From: Planctomycetota bacterium
GTDB taxonomy: Bacteria > Planctomycetota > UBA1135 > UBA2386
NCBI GenBank assembly: GCA_965228735.1
Contig: OZ245838.1
Coordinates: 1,632,001-1,696,000, forward strand
Reading direction: 5' to 3'
Length of the DNA: 64,000 nucleotides
Shown here: positions 49,251 through 58,513 of the stretch, in pieces
Position numbering within the stretch: the stretch's first letter is position 1
Layout: the number at the start of each line of letters is the position of its first letter
Notes under the pieces: generated by a model
What the model saw: the letters and a program-made list of their open reading frames with translations, nothing else
Databases searched by the model: none
Told to the model about the DNA's origin: nothing
Position numbers and translations under genes: made by a program

Positions 49251-50632
49251 CAGCGTTCCCGGAGTCTGCCGTTCTCGATGGCGAGCACGCGATGCGCGAC
49301 CGCGCGCGCGAGGTCGAGGTCATGGGTCACGAGGACGAGCGCGAGGCCGCGCTGCGATTGGAGCGCGAGCAATTCGCGCAGCACCGCCGTCGCGGTCGCG
49401 CGATCGAGCGAGGCCGTCGGTTCGTCGAGGATCAACACGTCGGGCTCCACGGCCAGCGCCCGCAGGAGCACGGCCCGCCGCTGCTCGCCGCCGGACATCG
49501 TCGCGCCGACCTGCGCGAGCACGCGGCCGTCGATCTGCAGCGCGCGGCCCGTCGCTTCGAGGTCGAACGTCGTGGTGCGCGCCTCGCGCACGAGCGTCCG
49601 CAACGTCATGCCGGGCGTCATCGAACCGAGCGCGTCCTGCGGACACAGCTGCACGGCCGGGCGGCGCCCCGGCCGTTCGATCGTGCCGGCGTCGGGTTCG
49701 AGGTGACCGGCGAGCAGGCGCGCGAGGGTCGTCTTGCCCGCGCCCGACTCGCCGACGATCGCGACGATCTCGCCGCGTCGCAGTTCGAAGTCGACGCCAA
49801 CGAGAATCGGGCGGGCCCCGAACGACCGCGCCACCGACCGCATGACGAGAACCGGCTCGGCGCCGAGGTCGGCGCTCGTGATCCGCTCCGGCCACGGGGC
49901 GAGGTCGAGCTCACGACGTTCGAACACGCCGTCTCGCTCGGTGTGAACCGCGGCGTCGAGGTCGCGCAGCAGGCGATCGTCGTGCGTCGCGAGCAGCAGC
50001 GCGCTGCCGCGGGCGAGCAGCTCGCGCAGTTGCGCGACGAGGTCGTCGTAGCTGCCGCCGTCGAGGCTGGCCGACGGTTCGTCCGCGAGCACGAGCGCCG
50101 GCCGCCGCAGCATCGCCATCGCGATGAGCACGCGCTGGGCCTGACCGCCCGAGATCTCGTGGCGCCGCCGGATCGCCACGCCGGCCTCGACGCCCAGTTC
50201 CGCGAGCGCGGCGCCGACCTGCTCGGGCGCGGCTCCCGTGGCCGCCCTGATCTGCACGCCCACCGGCGTCAGCGGGTCGAGCACGGCGAGCGCGTCCTGG
50301 GCGAGGAAGAACACCTCGTTGCGGCGGAACTCACGGTCCACCAGTGCGGCCCGTTCGGCTTGCGCCACACCGGAGCCGGGGGAAGTCGTGTGCTGCGAAC
50401 AGGACACCTCGCGCCCACCCACGCGGACACTCCCCGTCGTTTCGGCCTGCTCGAGCACCCCGAGCAGCGCCATCAGCATCGATGTCTTGCCGCACCCGGA
50501 CGGCCCGTAGAGCGCCGCGGCCTCGCCGCTGGCGAGGTGCATCTCGGGCAGCCGCACGGCGAAGCCATTGGGGCGCCGCAGCGCGAAGTCCTGGACCGCC
50601 AGCACCGACTCCACGGCCCGAGTGGATGACAT
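49250..50632 (-). CDS. Dual-domain ABC transporter ATP-binding protein (peptide/nickel DppD/F-like)
   Basis: Two Walker A (GPSGCGKT, GESGAGKT), ISGGQ/MSGGE signatures, two DEP motifs. Confidence 0.92.
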   Translation of the reverse strand: MSSTRAVESVLAVQDFALRRPNGFAVRLPEMHLASGEAAALYGPSGCGKTSMLMALLGVLEQAETTGSVRVGGREVSCSQHTTSPGSGVAQAERAALVDREFRRNEVFFLAQDALAVLDPLTPVGVQIRAATGAAPEQVGAALAELGVEAGVAIRRRHEISGGQAQRVLIAMAMLRRPALVLADEPSASLDGGSYDDLVAQLRELLARGSALLLATHDDRLLRDLDAAVHTERDGVFERRELDLAPWPERITSADLGAEPVLVMRSVARSFGARPILVGVDFELRRGEIVAIVGESGAGKTTLARLLAGHLEPDAGTIERPGRRPAVQLCPQDALGSMTPGMTLRTLVREARTTTFDLEATGRALQIDGRVLAQVGATMSGGEQRRAVLLRALAVEPDVLILDEPTASLDRATATAVLRELLALQSQRGLALVLVTHDLDLARAVAHRVLAIENGRLRER

Positions 50633-50680
50633 CGGCACGGCTTTCGCAAGGACCTGACGTTCCCCCGTATAGTCATGACC

Positions 50681-51841
50681 ATGATTCCGCCGTTCGTTGC
50701 GATTCGTTTCGCGTCCCGCCTCGCCAGGTTCACGACCCTCGTCGCGCTGCTCGGTTCAGTCGTGAGCGCCCCGGTCTCGGCGCAGGAGACGCTCGACCAG
50801 CTGCAGCGCAAGTTCATGGCCGAGGCGCGCGCGATGGGGCCGGAGCGGCCGACGCGGGCGCAGGAAGAGGCGCTGCTGACGCGGCAGATCGGCGAGCTCG
50901 AGACGTTCTTGCGGGACACGGCCAAGGGCGACGACCGCTGGAACGGGCGGCTCATGCTGGCCGAACTCAACCGCGTGCGCGGCAACCGCGAAGGCGCGGC
51001 CAAGGCGCTCGCGAGCATCGACGTCGACCAGGCGCCGCCGCTGCTGCTCGTGAGCGGCGCCGCGCTCGCCCGTCATCTCGGGCAGGACGAACTGCTCGAG
51101 CGCTGGCTCGAGACCGCGATGGCACGCGCCGGCACGGCTACGCTCGAGGACCAGATGGCGATGGCGCGGCTGTTCATGATCGTGCACCACGCCGTGGAGC
51201 GCGGTGACAAGATCCTCGCGGCCGCGCTGGCCAGCGCGAAGGACGACGAGGAGCGCGCGATGGTGCGCTGGCACCGCGCCGACATGCTGCGCGATCGCGA
51301 GGACCTGCCGGAGAACACCGGGTTCATCGAACTCGAGAAGCTCGCGCAGGACCTGCCCGACACCTACTGGGGCGACGTCGCCAAGGATCGCCTGCGCGCG
51401 ACGCGCCTCGCCCCGGGCGCCGAGGCGATCGACTTCAAGGCCGAGACGCTCGCAGGCCGGACCATCGAACTATCCAAGTTGCGCGGCAAGGCCGTGATCC
51501 TCGCGTTCTGGCAGCTGCGTGACTACGACACGCCCAACCTGGTCCGCACGCTCAACGACCTCGCGCGTGAGCACGGCGACAAGCTCGCGATCGTCAGCGT
51601 CTGCATCGATCAGGACAAGGCCGCGATCGAGGCCGGCGTGAAGGACCTCGGCATCGCGTGGCCCGTCGTCGGCGACGGCAAGGGCATCGGCACCGACATC
51701 GCGCTGCGCTGGTTCGTCGAAGGCCCGACGCTGCACGTGATCGGCCCCGACGGCAAGATCCGCGCGCTCGGCCTGCACGCCGGCACCCGCGACGCCCGCG
51801 AGCAGCTCAGCGCCATCATCAAGGGCTCGGTCCCGAACTGA
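50681..51841 (+). CDS. Secreted TPR-like plus TlpA/redoxin-fold protein lacking CxxC
   Basis: Signal peptide; PG.EAIDF....LAG....LSKLRGKAVILAFW, then QLRDYDT in place of xxWCxxC; start could be 50675. Confidence 0.8.
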   Translation: MIPPFVAIRFASRLARFTTLVALLGSVVSAPVSAQETLDQLQRKFMAEARAMGPERPTRAQEEALLTRQIGELETFLRDTAKGDDRWNGRLMLAELNRVRGNREGAAKALASIDVDQAPPLLLVSGAALARHLGQDELLERWLETAMARAGTATLEDQMAMARLFMIVHHAVERGDKILAAALASAKDDEERAMVRWHRADMLRDREDLPENTGFIELEKLAQDLPDTYWGDVAKDRLRATRLAPGAEAIDFKAETLAGRTIELSKLRGKAVILAFWQLRDYDTPNLVRTLNDLAREHGDKLAIVSVCIDQDKAAIEAGVKDLGIAWPVVGDGKGIGTDIALRWFVEGPTLHVIGPDGKIRALGLHAGTRDAREQLSAIIKGSVPN

Positions 51842-51842
51842 G

Positions 51843-51938
51843 CCCGTACGGAACCAGGTTCATGCTGCCGGCCGCCGGAACGCCAACCGCAAGGGAGGGT
51901 CACCCGCGGCCGGCAGCATGAACCTGGTTCCGTACGGG
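51843..51938. repeat. Perfect 33-bp inverted repeat with 30-nt spacer between convergent genes
   Basis: 51843-51875 is the exact reverse complement of 51906-51938. Confidence 0.92.
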
Positions 51939-51946
51939 TTCCGCCA

Positions 51947-53074
51947 TCAGCGGCGGGCGTTGAGCCAGGCGAGGAGGGCGACGATGCCGAAGAGGCCTTC
52001 GCCGATCAGGACGGCGAGCGCCGGGGCCGCCGGCAGCGGATCGAAGCGCCCGTCGACGTTCGTCACGTAGAGGATCTGGGTGCCGGCGTAGGCGAGCAGC
52101 ACGAGGTCGGGACCGAGGCGGCCGCGGCGGCCGAAGCGGACGCCCGTTCGGACGACGAACGTGATGGCGCCGAGCCCCGCGAGCGCGAGCAGCGTCCAGG
52201 CGCCGAGCGGCGACTCGGGCAGCGCGCGCGCCGCGAGTTCGGAGCCCGTGACCCGGTCCGCCGGGACCTTGAGCGAGCCGACCATGCACAAGGCCCCGGC
52301 GAGCGGCGCGAGCAGCGCGACCGTCGCGATCGGCCAGAGCCGCTGCGTGATCGCGTGCGCGGGCCAGGCGAGGAAGCCCCGCCGCCGGCCGATGCGCAGA
52401 CCGCGCAGCGCCGTCTGCAGCGTCGCCAGCATGAACAGCGCGATCGGCACGAGCAGGATGCCGCCCATCGTCGGCCGCGTCCCGAGCGCCAACCCCATCG
52501 CGAAGCTCGCGGTCGTGAGCAGGCCGAGGAGCACGACCACGCGCCGCAGCCGGCCGCGCCGGCGCCGCTGATGCACGGCATGGGCCGTGAGCTGCAAGAG
52601 CAGCAAGCCGAGGAGCGCGAACGTCACCGCCGCGGTCTCGGGCCGCAGGACGTGACCGTGCTCGTAGACCGCCGGCAGCAGCACGAGCCCCGCGGTCGTC
52701 ACGAGCGCCGGCAGCCGACCGCGCGCGAGCACGACGACGAAGTAGCAGAGCGCCGAAACCGCGAACATCGCGAGCACCTGCATGAGCCGGGCCATCGCGA
52801 GCAGCCCGTGCTGCTTCCCGGCCGCCGTCGGCCACTCCGCGGTTGCCGGCAAGGTCGCGACCTCGAACTGTCGGCCGAGTTCGGTCCCGCTCGTGCCCGC
52901 CCACGCCGCGCGCAGTCGTTCGAGCTCACCGCTCGCGGCGGGCGCATCGATGTCGAGCCCGGCAACGAGCGCGGGGAGCCCGACGCAGCCGATGGCCGCG
53001 CAGGCGAAACCGACCGCGCGCGTCCGACCACCGGACGGTCGCCCCGTCGCAGGCGGCGGCGCGGCCGCGCTCAC
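51947..53074 (-). CDS. Polytopic membrane protein, GT-C/ArnT-like
   Basis: About 9 TM; ARL, LRPE, GLALGTRP motifs; 4-bp overlap with ridA. Confidence 0.6.
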   Translation of the reverse strand: MSAAAPPPATGRPSGGRTRAVGFACAAIGCVGLPALVAGLDIDAPAASGELERLRAAWAGTSGTELGRQFEVATLPATAEWPTAAGKQHGLLAMARLMQVLAMFAVSALCYFVVVLARGRLPALVTTAGLVLLPAVYEHGHVLRPETAAVTFALLGLLLLQLTAHAVHQRRRRGRLRRVVVLLGLLTTASFAMGLALGTRPTMGGILLVPIALFMLATLQTALRGLRIGRRRGFLAWPAHAITQRLWPIATVALLAPLAGALCMVGSLKVPADRVTGSELAARALPESPLGAWTLLALAGLGAITFVVRTGVRFGRRGRLGPDLVLLAYAGTQILYVTNVDGRFDPLPAAPALAVLIGEGLFGIVALLAWLNARR

Positions 53075-53454
53075 GACAGCGCGGCGATGCAGTCGATCTC
53101 GACGAGACCGTTCTTCGGCAGCTGCTTCACCGCGATCGCGGCACGCGCCGGCCGGTGGTCGCCGAAGTGCCTACCGTAGACTTCGTTGACCGGCACGAAG
53201 TCGTCCATCGTCGTGAGATAGACCGTCGTGCGCACGACCTTGTCGAGGCTGCAGCCCGCGCCTTCGAGCACGGCGCGGAGGTTCTTCATCACCTGCTCGC
53301 ACTGCGCAGCGGCGGTGTCGCCGACCATCTCCATCGTCGCGGGATCGAGCGCGACCTGGCCGGAGCAGAACAGGAGATCACCGACCTTGATGGCCTGGCT
53401 GTAGGGACCGATGGCCGCGGGGGCATCGTTGGTGTGGATCGGTTCGAGGGTCAT
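53071..53454 (-). CDS. ridA: RidA (YjgF/UK114) enamine/imine deaminase
   Basis: APAAIGPYSQA, SGQ, VNEVY, PARA, VEIDCIA. Confidence 0.93.
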   Translation of the reverse strand: MTLEPIHTNDAPAAIGPYSQAIKVGDLLFCSGQVALDPATMEMVGDTAAAQCEQVMKNLRAVLEGAGCSLDKVVRTTVYLTTMDDFVPVNEVYGRHFGDHRPARAAIAVKQLPKNGLVEIDCIAALS

Positions 53455-53529
53455 GATGGGCGAGAATCGGAGCGGAAGGAGGGGAAGAACGCGAGCCCCG
53501 TGTTGGAGTCGGCAACGCCGCGCACCGCG

Positions 53530-54015
53530 TCAGCTCGCGGGCCGGAGGCGCTCGCGCAGCCGGCGTTCGACGACTTCGGGCAGGAAGCCGCTGACGTCAC
53601 CGCCGTGCTTGACGATCTCGCGGATCAGCGACGAGGACACGTAGCTGTACTCGACGCTCGGCATGACGAACACGCTCTCGATGTCGTCAGCGAGGTGCCG
53701 GTTGGTCAGCGCCATCTGGTACTCGAACTCGAAGTCCGAGACCGTGCGCACGCCGCGCAGGATCGCGCCGATGCCCTCGCGCCGGCAGTAGTCGACGACG
53801 AGGCCCGTGAACGTCGTCACGGACAGCCGGTCGTCCTGCGGCAGGGTCTCGCGCAGCATGGCGACGCGTTCTTCCGCGGTGAACGTCGGCTGCTTGCTGC
53901 TGTTGATCGCGACGGCGACGGTGAGCCGGTCGAACAGCGGCAGCGCGCGCTGGATCAGGTCGAGATGCCCGAGCGTGACGGGGTCGAAGCTGCCGGGGTA
54001 GAGCGCCGAGACCAT
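53530..54015 (-). CDS. coaD: Pantetheine-phosphate adenylyltransferase
   Basis: YPGSFDPVTLGHLD, RGVR..SDFEFE, VSSS. Confidence 0.97.
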   Translation of the reverse strand: MVSALYPGSFDPVTLGHLDLIQRALPLFDRLTVAVAINSSKQPTFTAEERVAMLRETLPQDDRLSVTTFTGLVVDYCRREGIGAILRGVRTVSDFEFEYQMALTNRHLADDIESVFVMPSVEYSYVSSSLIREIVKHGGDVSGFLPEVVERRLRERLRPAS

Positions 54016-54060
54016 TGCACCGACTGTAACCAACGGGCGGATCGGCGCACGAGACAGTTG

Positions 54061-56307
54061 ATGGAACCGCGCACCGCTCTGCTGCTCGCCGTCCTGCTCG
54101 GGCTGCCGACCGCCGTGCTCGCGAGCCAGGCGCCGCACGGGACGCTGCCGGCGGCCGCCGCCGTCGCCGCGATCGCGACCCTGTTCGCCGCGGCCGGACC
54201 ACGACGCGCGCGCCCGCTCGGCCTCCTCGCGCTGCCGATGCTGCTCGCCGCGATCCCGGCAGCGGATCCTGCACCCGGCACCGAACGCACCTCGCGGCCC
54301 GACGGCGTGCGGGCTGGACCCGTGCGCTGCCGCGGCGAGGTCGGGCGCACGACCTTCCTGCCGGCCCGCAACGCCACGCAGCTGTGGTTGCGCGCGCCGA
54401 CGGGGCCGCCGCTGCGGCTCACGGTGACGGGGCGGCCCGACGTCGTGGCCGGCGACCGGATCGACGCCATCGCGCGCTGGACCCCACCCCCGGCACCCGG
54501 TCTCTGGCCGAGCCTGACCGCGCCCGCGGAGACGGTTCACGTCGCCCACCGACCGCGCTCGTGCGGCCGGCTGCTGGCGGCGATTCGCACGGGCTGCGAA
54601 CGCCGACTCCTCGACCTCGTGCCCGGCGAACGTGGCGCCGTGGTCGCCACGCTCGTGCTCGGGCGCGGGACCCGCGCGCCGCTCGCCGTGGCCGAGTCGC
54701 ATCGCGCCACGGGCCTCAGTCACCTCCTCGCCGTCAGCGGCGCCCACGCCGCGATGCTCGGCGTCCTGCTCGGCCTCGGCGCATTCGGCAGCGGTCGCCG
54801 GAGTCGCGGTCGGCGACTCGGCGCCCGCCGGCTGCACGTCGTCACGGCGCTCGCCGTCCTCTTCGCCTACGCCGGGATCACGGGCGGCGAGCCGCCGGTC
54901 GTCCGTGCCGTTCTCATGTACACCCTCGCGGCGTGCGCGCTGCGGAACGGCCGCACGCTCGGCCTGCTCGTGGGCCTCGCGGCGCCCGCACTCGTCACGG
55001 CGGCGACCGCGCCGCGCGAGCTGCTCGGCCCGAGTTTCCTGCTGAGCTACGCGGCGGTCGCCGGGCTCGGGATCGCGGCGGCCACCGGCCCCGTCGCCGG
55101 CGCCGACCGGGCGGGCTTCTGCAGTCGCCTCGCCCTGCCGCTGCGCGCATCGCTGTGGGCAACGTGCACGACGGCCCCGATCACGCTCGCGTGGTTCGGT
55201 CAACTCGCGCCGTGGACGATCCTGCTGACGCCGTTGCTCGCGCCGGTCGTCGGTGTCGTGCTCGTGCTCGGGCTGCTCGCCGCCCTGCTCGCGAGCATCG
55301 CCGCGCCGCTGGCCGCGCCGCTCGGCGGCATCCTGTCGGGGCTCACCGCGTTCTACGTCGAAGCGGTCGCGCTCGCGGATCGACTGCCCGCGACGCCGAT
55401 CCGGGCGCTCGCCTCCCCGCACGCGGCGACGGTCACGATCGCGGTCCTCGTCGCGGTCGTGCTGCTCGCCTGGCCAACGGCACGGTCCGCGCGCTGGCCG
55501 CGGCGCACGTTCGGCGCCCTGCTCGTTGCGCTGACGCCGTGGTTCGTCCCGGTCGCGACGGACCGCGACGCGCGGCTCGAGCTCTTCGCCGTCGGCCACG
55601 GTCAGGCCGCGCTCGTCGTGACCGCGACCGGCGAGCGCGTCGCGATCGACTGCGGCAGCGTGCAGCTGCCGCACTACGCCGCCCGCCGCCTCGCGGTCGC
55701 GCGCGCGGGCACGGCCCGGCGGCTCGACTGGCTCGTGATCACGCACGGTGACCACGATCACCGGAACGGCGTGCCCGCGCTGCTCGAGCGGGTGCGCGTC
55801 CGGCGCGCGGTGCTGCCCGCGCGGCTCGGCGACTCCGACCTCGCGGCGCGACTGCGCCGGCACGGCGCGGGGCTCACGCTGCTCGCTCCCGGCGAAGGCG
55901 TACAGCTCACGACCGGCATCTCGGCCCACGCACCGGCGGTGCCGACCGATTGCGCCGCGAACGACGGCAGCCTCTGGGTTCGCGTGCGCCAGCGCGGCCG
56001 CGACGCGCTGCTCTGCGGCGACGCGCAGGAGGCCGGGATCACCGCCGGCCGGCAACAGGGCCTGGCCACCCCCGCCGACGTCCTCGTGCTGCCGCACCAC
56101 GGCCGTGACGATCCGGCGGTCCCGGCGCTGCTCGACGCCGTTCGGCCAACGACCTGCCTCGTGTCCGCCAGAGCCGCGGACGGCCCCACCGCAGCCGGCG
56201 GGCTCGCGCGCGCGCACGGCGCGGTGACCTGGGTCACCGGCCAGGACGGCGATCTCGCACTCGACCTCACGACCGGCGTCGTCCGCGCGGCGCGGCCGAC
56301 ACGCTGA
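54061..56307 (+). CDS. comEC: ComEC/Rec2 DNA uptake protein (competence plus metallo-beta-lactamase domains)
   Basis: GLSHLLAVSGAH, PVVRA, FLLSY, VGHGQA, THGDHDH, GDA, PHHG. Confidence 0.92.
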   Translation: MEPRTALLLAVLLGLPTAVLASQAPHGTLPAAAAVAAIATLFAAAGPRRARPLGLLALPMLLAAIPAADPAPGTERTSRPDGVRAGPVRCRGEVGRTTFLPARNATQLWLRAPTGPPLRLTVTGRPDVVAGDRIDAIARWTPPPAPGLWPSLTAPAETVHVAHRPRSCGRLLAAIRTGCERRLLDLVPGERGAVVATLVLGRGTRAPLAVAESHRATGLSHLLAVSGAHAAMLGVLLGLGAFGSGRRSRGRRLGARRLHVVTALAVLFAYAGITGGEPPVVRAVLMYTLAACALRNGRTLGLLVGLAAPALVTAATAPRELLGPSFLLSYAAVAGLGIAAATGPVAGADRAGFCSRLALPLRASLWATCTTAPITLAWFGQLAPWTILLTPLLAPVVGVVLVLGLLAALLASIAAPLAAPLGGILSGLTAFYVEAVALADRLPATPIRALASPHAATVTIAVLVAVVLLAWPTARSARWPRRTFGALLVALTPWFVPVATDRDARLELFAVGHGQAALVVTATGERVAIDCGSVQLPHYAARRLAVARAGTARRLDWLVITHGDHDHRNGVPALLERVRVRRAVLPARLGDSDLAARLRRHGAGLTLLAPGEGVQLTTGISAHAPAVPTDCAANDGSLWVRVRQRGRDALLCGDAQEAGITAGRQQGLATPADVLVLPHHGRDDPAVPALLDAVRPTTCLVSARAADGPTAAGGLARAHGAVTWVTGQDGDLALDLTTGVVRAARPTR

Positions 56308-56339
56308 TGGCGCAAGAACGAACGAAACGAACGGCAGCG

Positions 56340-57371
56340 CTACTCGTCGCCGCCCTTCTTCCCACTCCCCGCCTTGCCGGCACCCTTGATCTTTTCGAGC
56401 TTCGTGATGCGACCGAGGTAGTTCCAGTCCATCACGTAGATGTTGCCGGCCGCGTCCGCGCACACCGAGTGCGGCGACAGGAACTCGCCGTCCTGCCACT
56501 GCTCGCGCGGGATCCGGTTCTTGGCGCGCTTCTTCGGATCCGGGTTGTCGCCGAGGTGCACGACCGGCTCGTCGTCCTTGCCGAGGATCGTGATCCGGCC
56601 GACGAGGTCCGCGACCACGAGGCCGCCGCCGGGCAGCGGGTAGACGTTGCACGGGCGCCGCAGGTCGTGATCCATCTTGCGCACGAACTCGCCGTCGAGC
56701 GTGAACCACTGCAGCCGGTGGTTCTCGCGGTCGCAGACGAGCAGCAGCGGCTCGTCGCCGCGGTCGTCGAGCCACAGCCCGTGCGGCGTGCGCATCTTGC
56801 CGGGCTCCTTGCCGCGGCCGCCGAACGACTTCAGGTACTTGCGATCCTTGTCGTAGACGTGCACGAACGACTGCCCGTAGCCGTCAGAGGCGAAGATGCG
56901 GCCGTCCGGCGCCACCGCGACGGCCGTCGGCCGGTACTGCCCTTCCTGCTCGTAGCAGCCCGACTCCTTGGGCCAGCCGATCGTCCACAGCACCTTGCCG
57001 TCGATCGTCGTCTTGACGACCTCGTGCCGGCCGGTGTGCGCGAGGTAGAGCACCTCCTTGCCGTCCTCGACGCGCAGACACATGCCGTGCAGTCCGCCGC
57101 GGAACTCCTTGCCCCAGCGCGCGACGGTCTTGCCGTCCTGACCGAACGCGACGACCGCGTGTTCGGTGTCGGTGTTGGCGAGCACGCGGCCCTGCCGGTC
57201 GACGACCATGCAGCCGTGCGTGTTGCCGAGCTCCTTGCCGTCCGCCGTCCGGGCCCAGCCGGCGACCCAGCGGTAGGTGTGATCCCCGGATCCGAGGACC
57301 GGCCCATCCTGGGCGGCGATGGGCGCCGCGAGAGCGGCGGCGAGAACGGAGAACGTGAGGCGGCGCAGCAT
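56340..57371 (-). CDS. Secreted NHL-repeat beta-propeller (peptidylglycine lyase-like)
   Basis: PTAVAV, SDGYG, PHG, CDRENHRLQ.F, SPH...D..GNIYV. Confidence 0.88.
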   Translation of the reverse strand: MLRRLTFSVLAAALAAPIAAQDGPVLGSGDHTYRWVAGWARTADGKELGNTHGCMVVDRQGRVLANTDTEHAVVAFGQDGKTVARWGKEFRGGLHGMCLRVEDGKEVLYLAHTGRHEVVKTTIDGKVLWTIGWPKESGCYEQEGQYRPTAVAVAPDGRIFASDGYGQSFVHVYDKDRKYLKSFGGRGKEPGKMRTPHGLWLDDRGDEPLLLVCDRENHRLQWFTLDGEFVRKMDHDLRRPCNVYPLPGGGLVVADLVGRITILGKDDEPVVHLGDNPDPKKRAKNRIPREQWQDGEFLSPHSVCADAAGNIYVMDWNYLGRITKLEKIKGAGKAGSGKKGGDE

Positions 57372-57527
57372 CGCGGCGTTCTACGGGGCCCGGGCCGGCG
57401 ATGCCACGGCGGGAGCGTATCGCGATACCAATCTGGTGCAGTTGTTGAGGTCCCCGATGTGGGGTCTTGCGCCAAGCTGCCGTTCGGACGTCGAGCCAGC
57501 CCCGCTCGACCCGCTCCGGAGCGATTC

Positions 57528-58403
57528 ATGCGATCCCAGTTGTTCACGATCCTCGTCCTCGCGACCACGGCCGCGACGACGGCCGACGGCCTGCTCGCGC
57601 AGCGCGGCGGCGGTCGCGGTGGCCGCGATGCATTCAGCCGCTGGCGCCAGCCCGAGGAGATCACCAACCGCGTCGGGCTGTTCTTCAACGATGTCCCCGG
57701 CCCCGCGGAGGACGGCGACAAGGTCGCCGGTCTCGACACGGTCGAGATCGTGCGGGCGGCCAAGGCGGCCAACCAGTTGACCGTGCTCTACCTCGTCGAC
57801 CAGCAGGACGAGGAGGCCGAGTGGCCGCGCGGCGTGTTCGAGTTCATGCTCGGCCGCGACCAGGAACTCGGCATCGAACTGCGCGCGTTCCACTGCGGTC
57901 GCATCGACCTCGGCAAGGCGCCGGCCCTCAAGGCCAAGTACGAGAAGGAACGCCCGCTGTTCGTCGTGTTCGATCAGGAAGGCAAGCCGACGGAGGTGCC
58001 GATGAGCGGCTACCGCCCGGCCGGGAGCAAGCTCAAGAAGGCGCTCGAGAAGGCGGCCGCGGGCGCGATGAAGCCGTCGCTCACGCGCTTCGCGAAGGAC
58101 TACGGCAAGATCATCAAGGACTACTCCGAGCTGCTGCAGGACCGCAAGGACGCGCAAACGGAGATGACCAAGAACCGCGACGACAAGGGCAAGGTCAGGA
58201 AGGCCGAGAAGGAGCTGCTCAAGCTCATGAAGGCCGAGGCCAAGATCCTCGAGAAGGAGGGCGAGCTGCTCGGCAAGTTCACCTTCCCCGACCGCGGCTC
58301 CCAGCGCGTCGGCGGCGTCCGGCCGCGCCGCAACCGCGACGGCAAGGGCGCGGACGGCGGCGACGGTCAGGGCGGCGGCCGCCGCGGCGGCGGCGGCGAA
58401 TAG
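57528..58403 (+). CDS. Secreted protein with thioredoxin-like fold (no CxxC) and coiled-coil tail
   Basis: Signal peptide; VLYL...F...RID...PLFVVFD.EGK pattern; Lys-rich helix; Gly/Arg-rich ends. Confidence 0.7.
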   Translation: MRSQLFTILVLATTAATTADGLLAQRGGGRGGRDAFSRWRQPEEITNRVGLFFNDVPGPAEDGDKVAGLDTVEIVRAAKAANQLTVLYLVDQQDEEAEWPRGVFEFMLGRDQELGIELRAFHCGRIDLGKAPALKAKYEKERPLFVVFDQEGKPTEVPMSGYRPAGSKLKKALEKAAAGAMKPSLTRFAKDYGKIIKDYSELLQDRKDAQTEMTKNRDDKGKVRKAEKELLKLMKAEAKILEKEGELLGKFTFPDRGSQRVGGVRPRRNRDGKGADGGDGQGGGRRGGGGE

Positions 58404-58513
58404 CGCCCGCCGACGCCCGGTGGAGCGACCCGTGAGTTCCCGGCTCGCGGGGAGGGGCTGCATCTGCCATACTGCTCCGGCCCCTCCGGAACAGTTACCC
58501 CTCCACCCACGCA

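Noticed and set aside
57528..58403. Selenoprotein (UGA read-through) in thioredoxin-like proteins
   Set aside because: No in-frame TGA at a redox-motif position here or in 50681-51841
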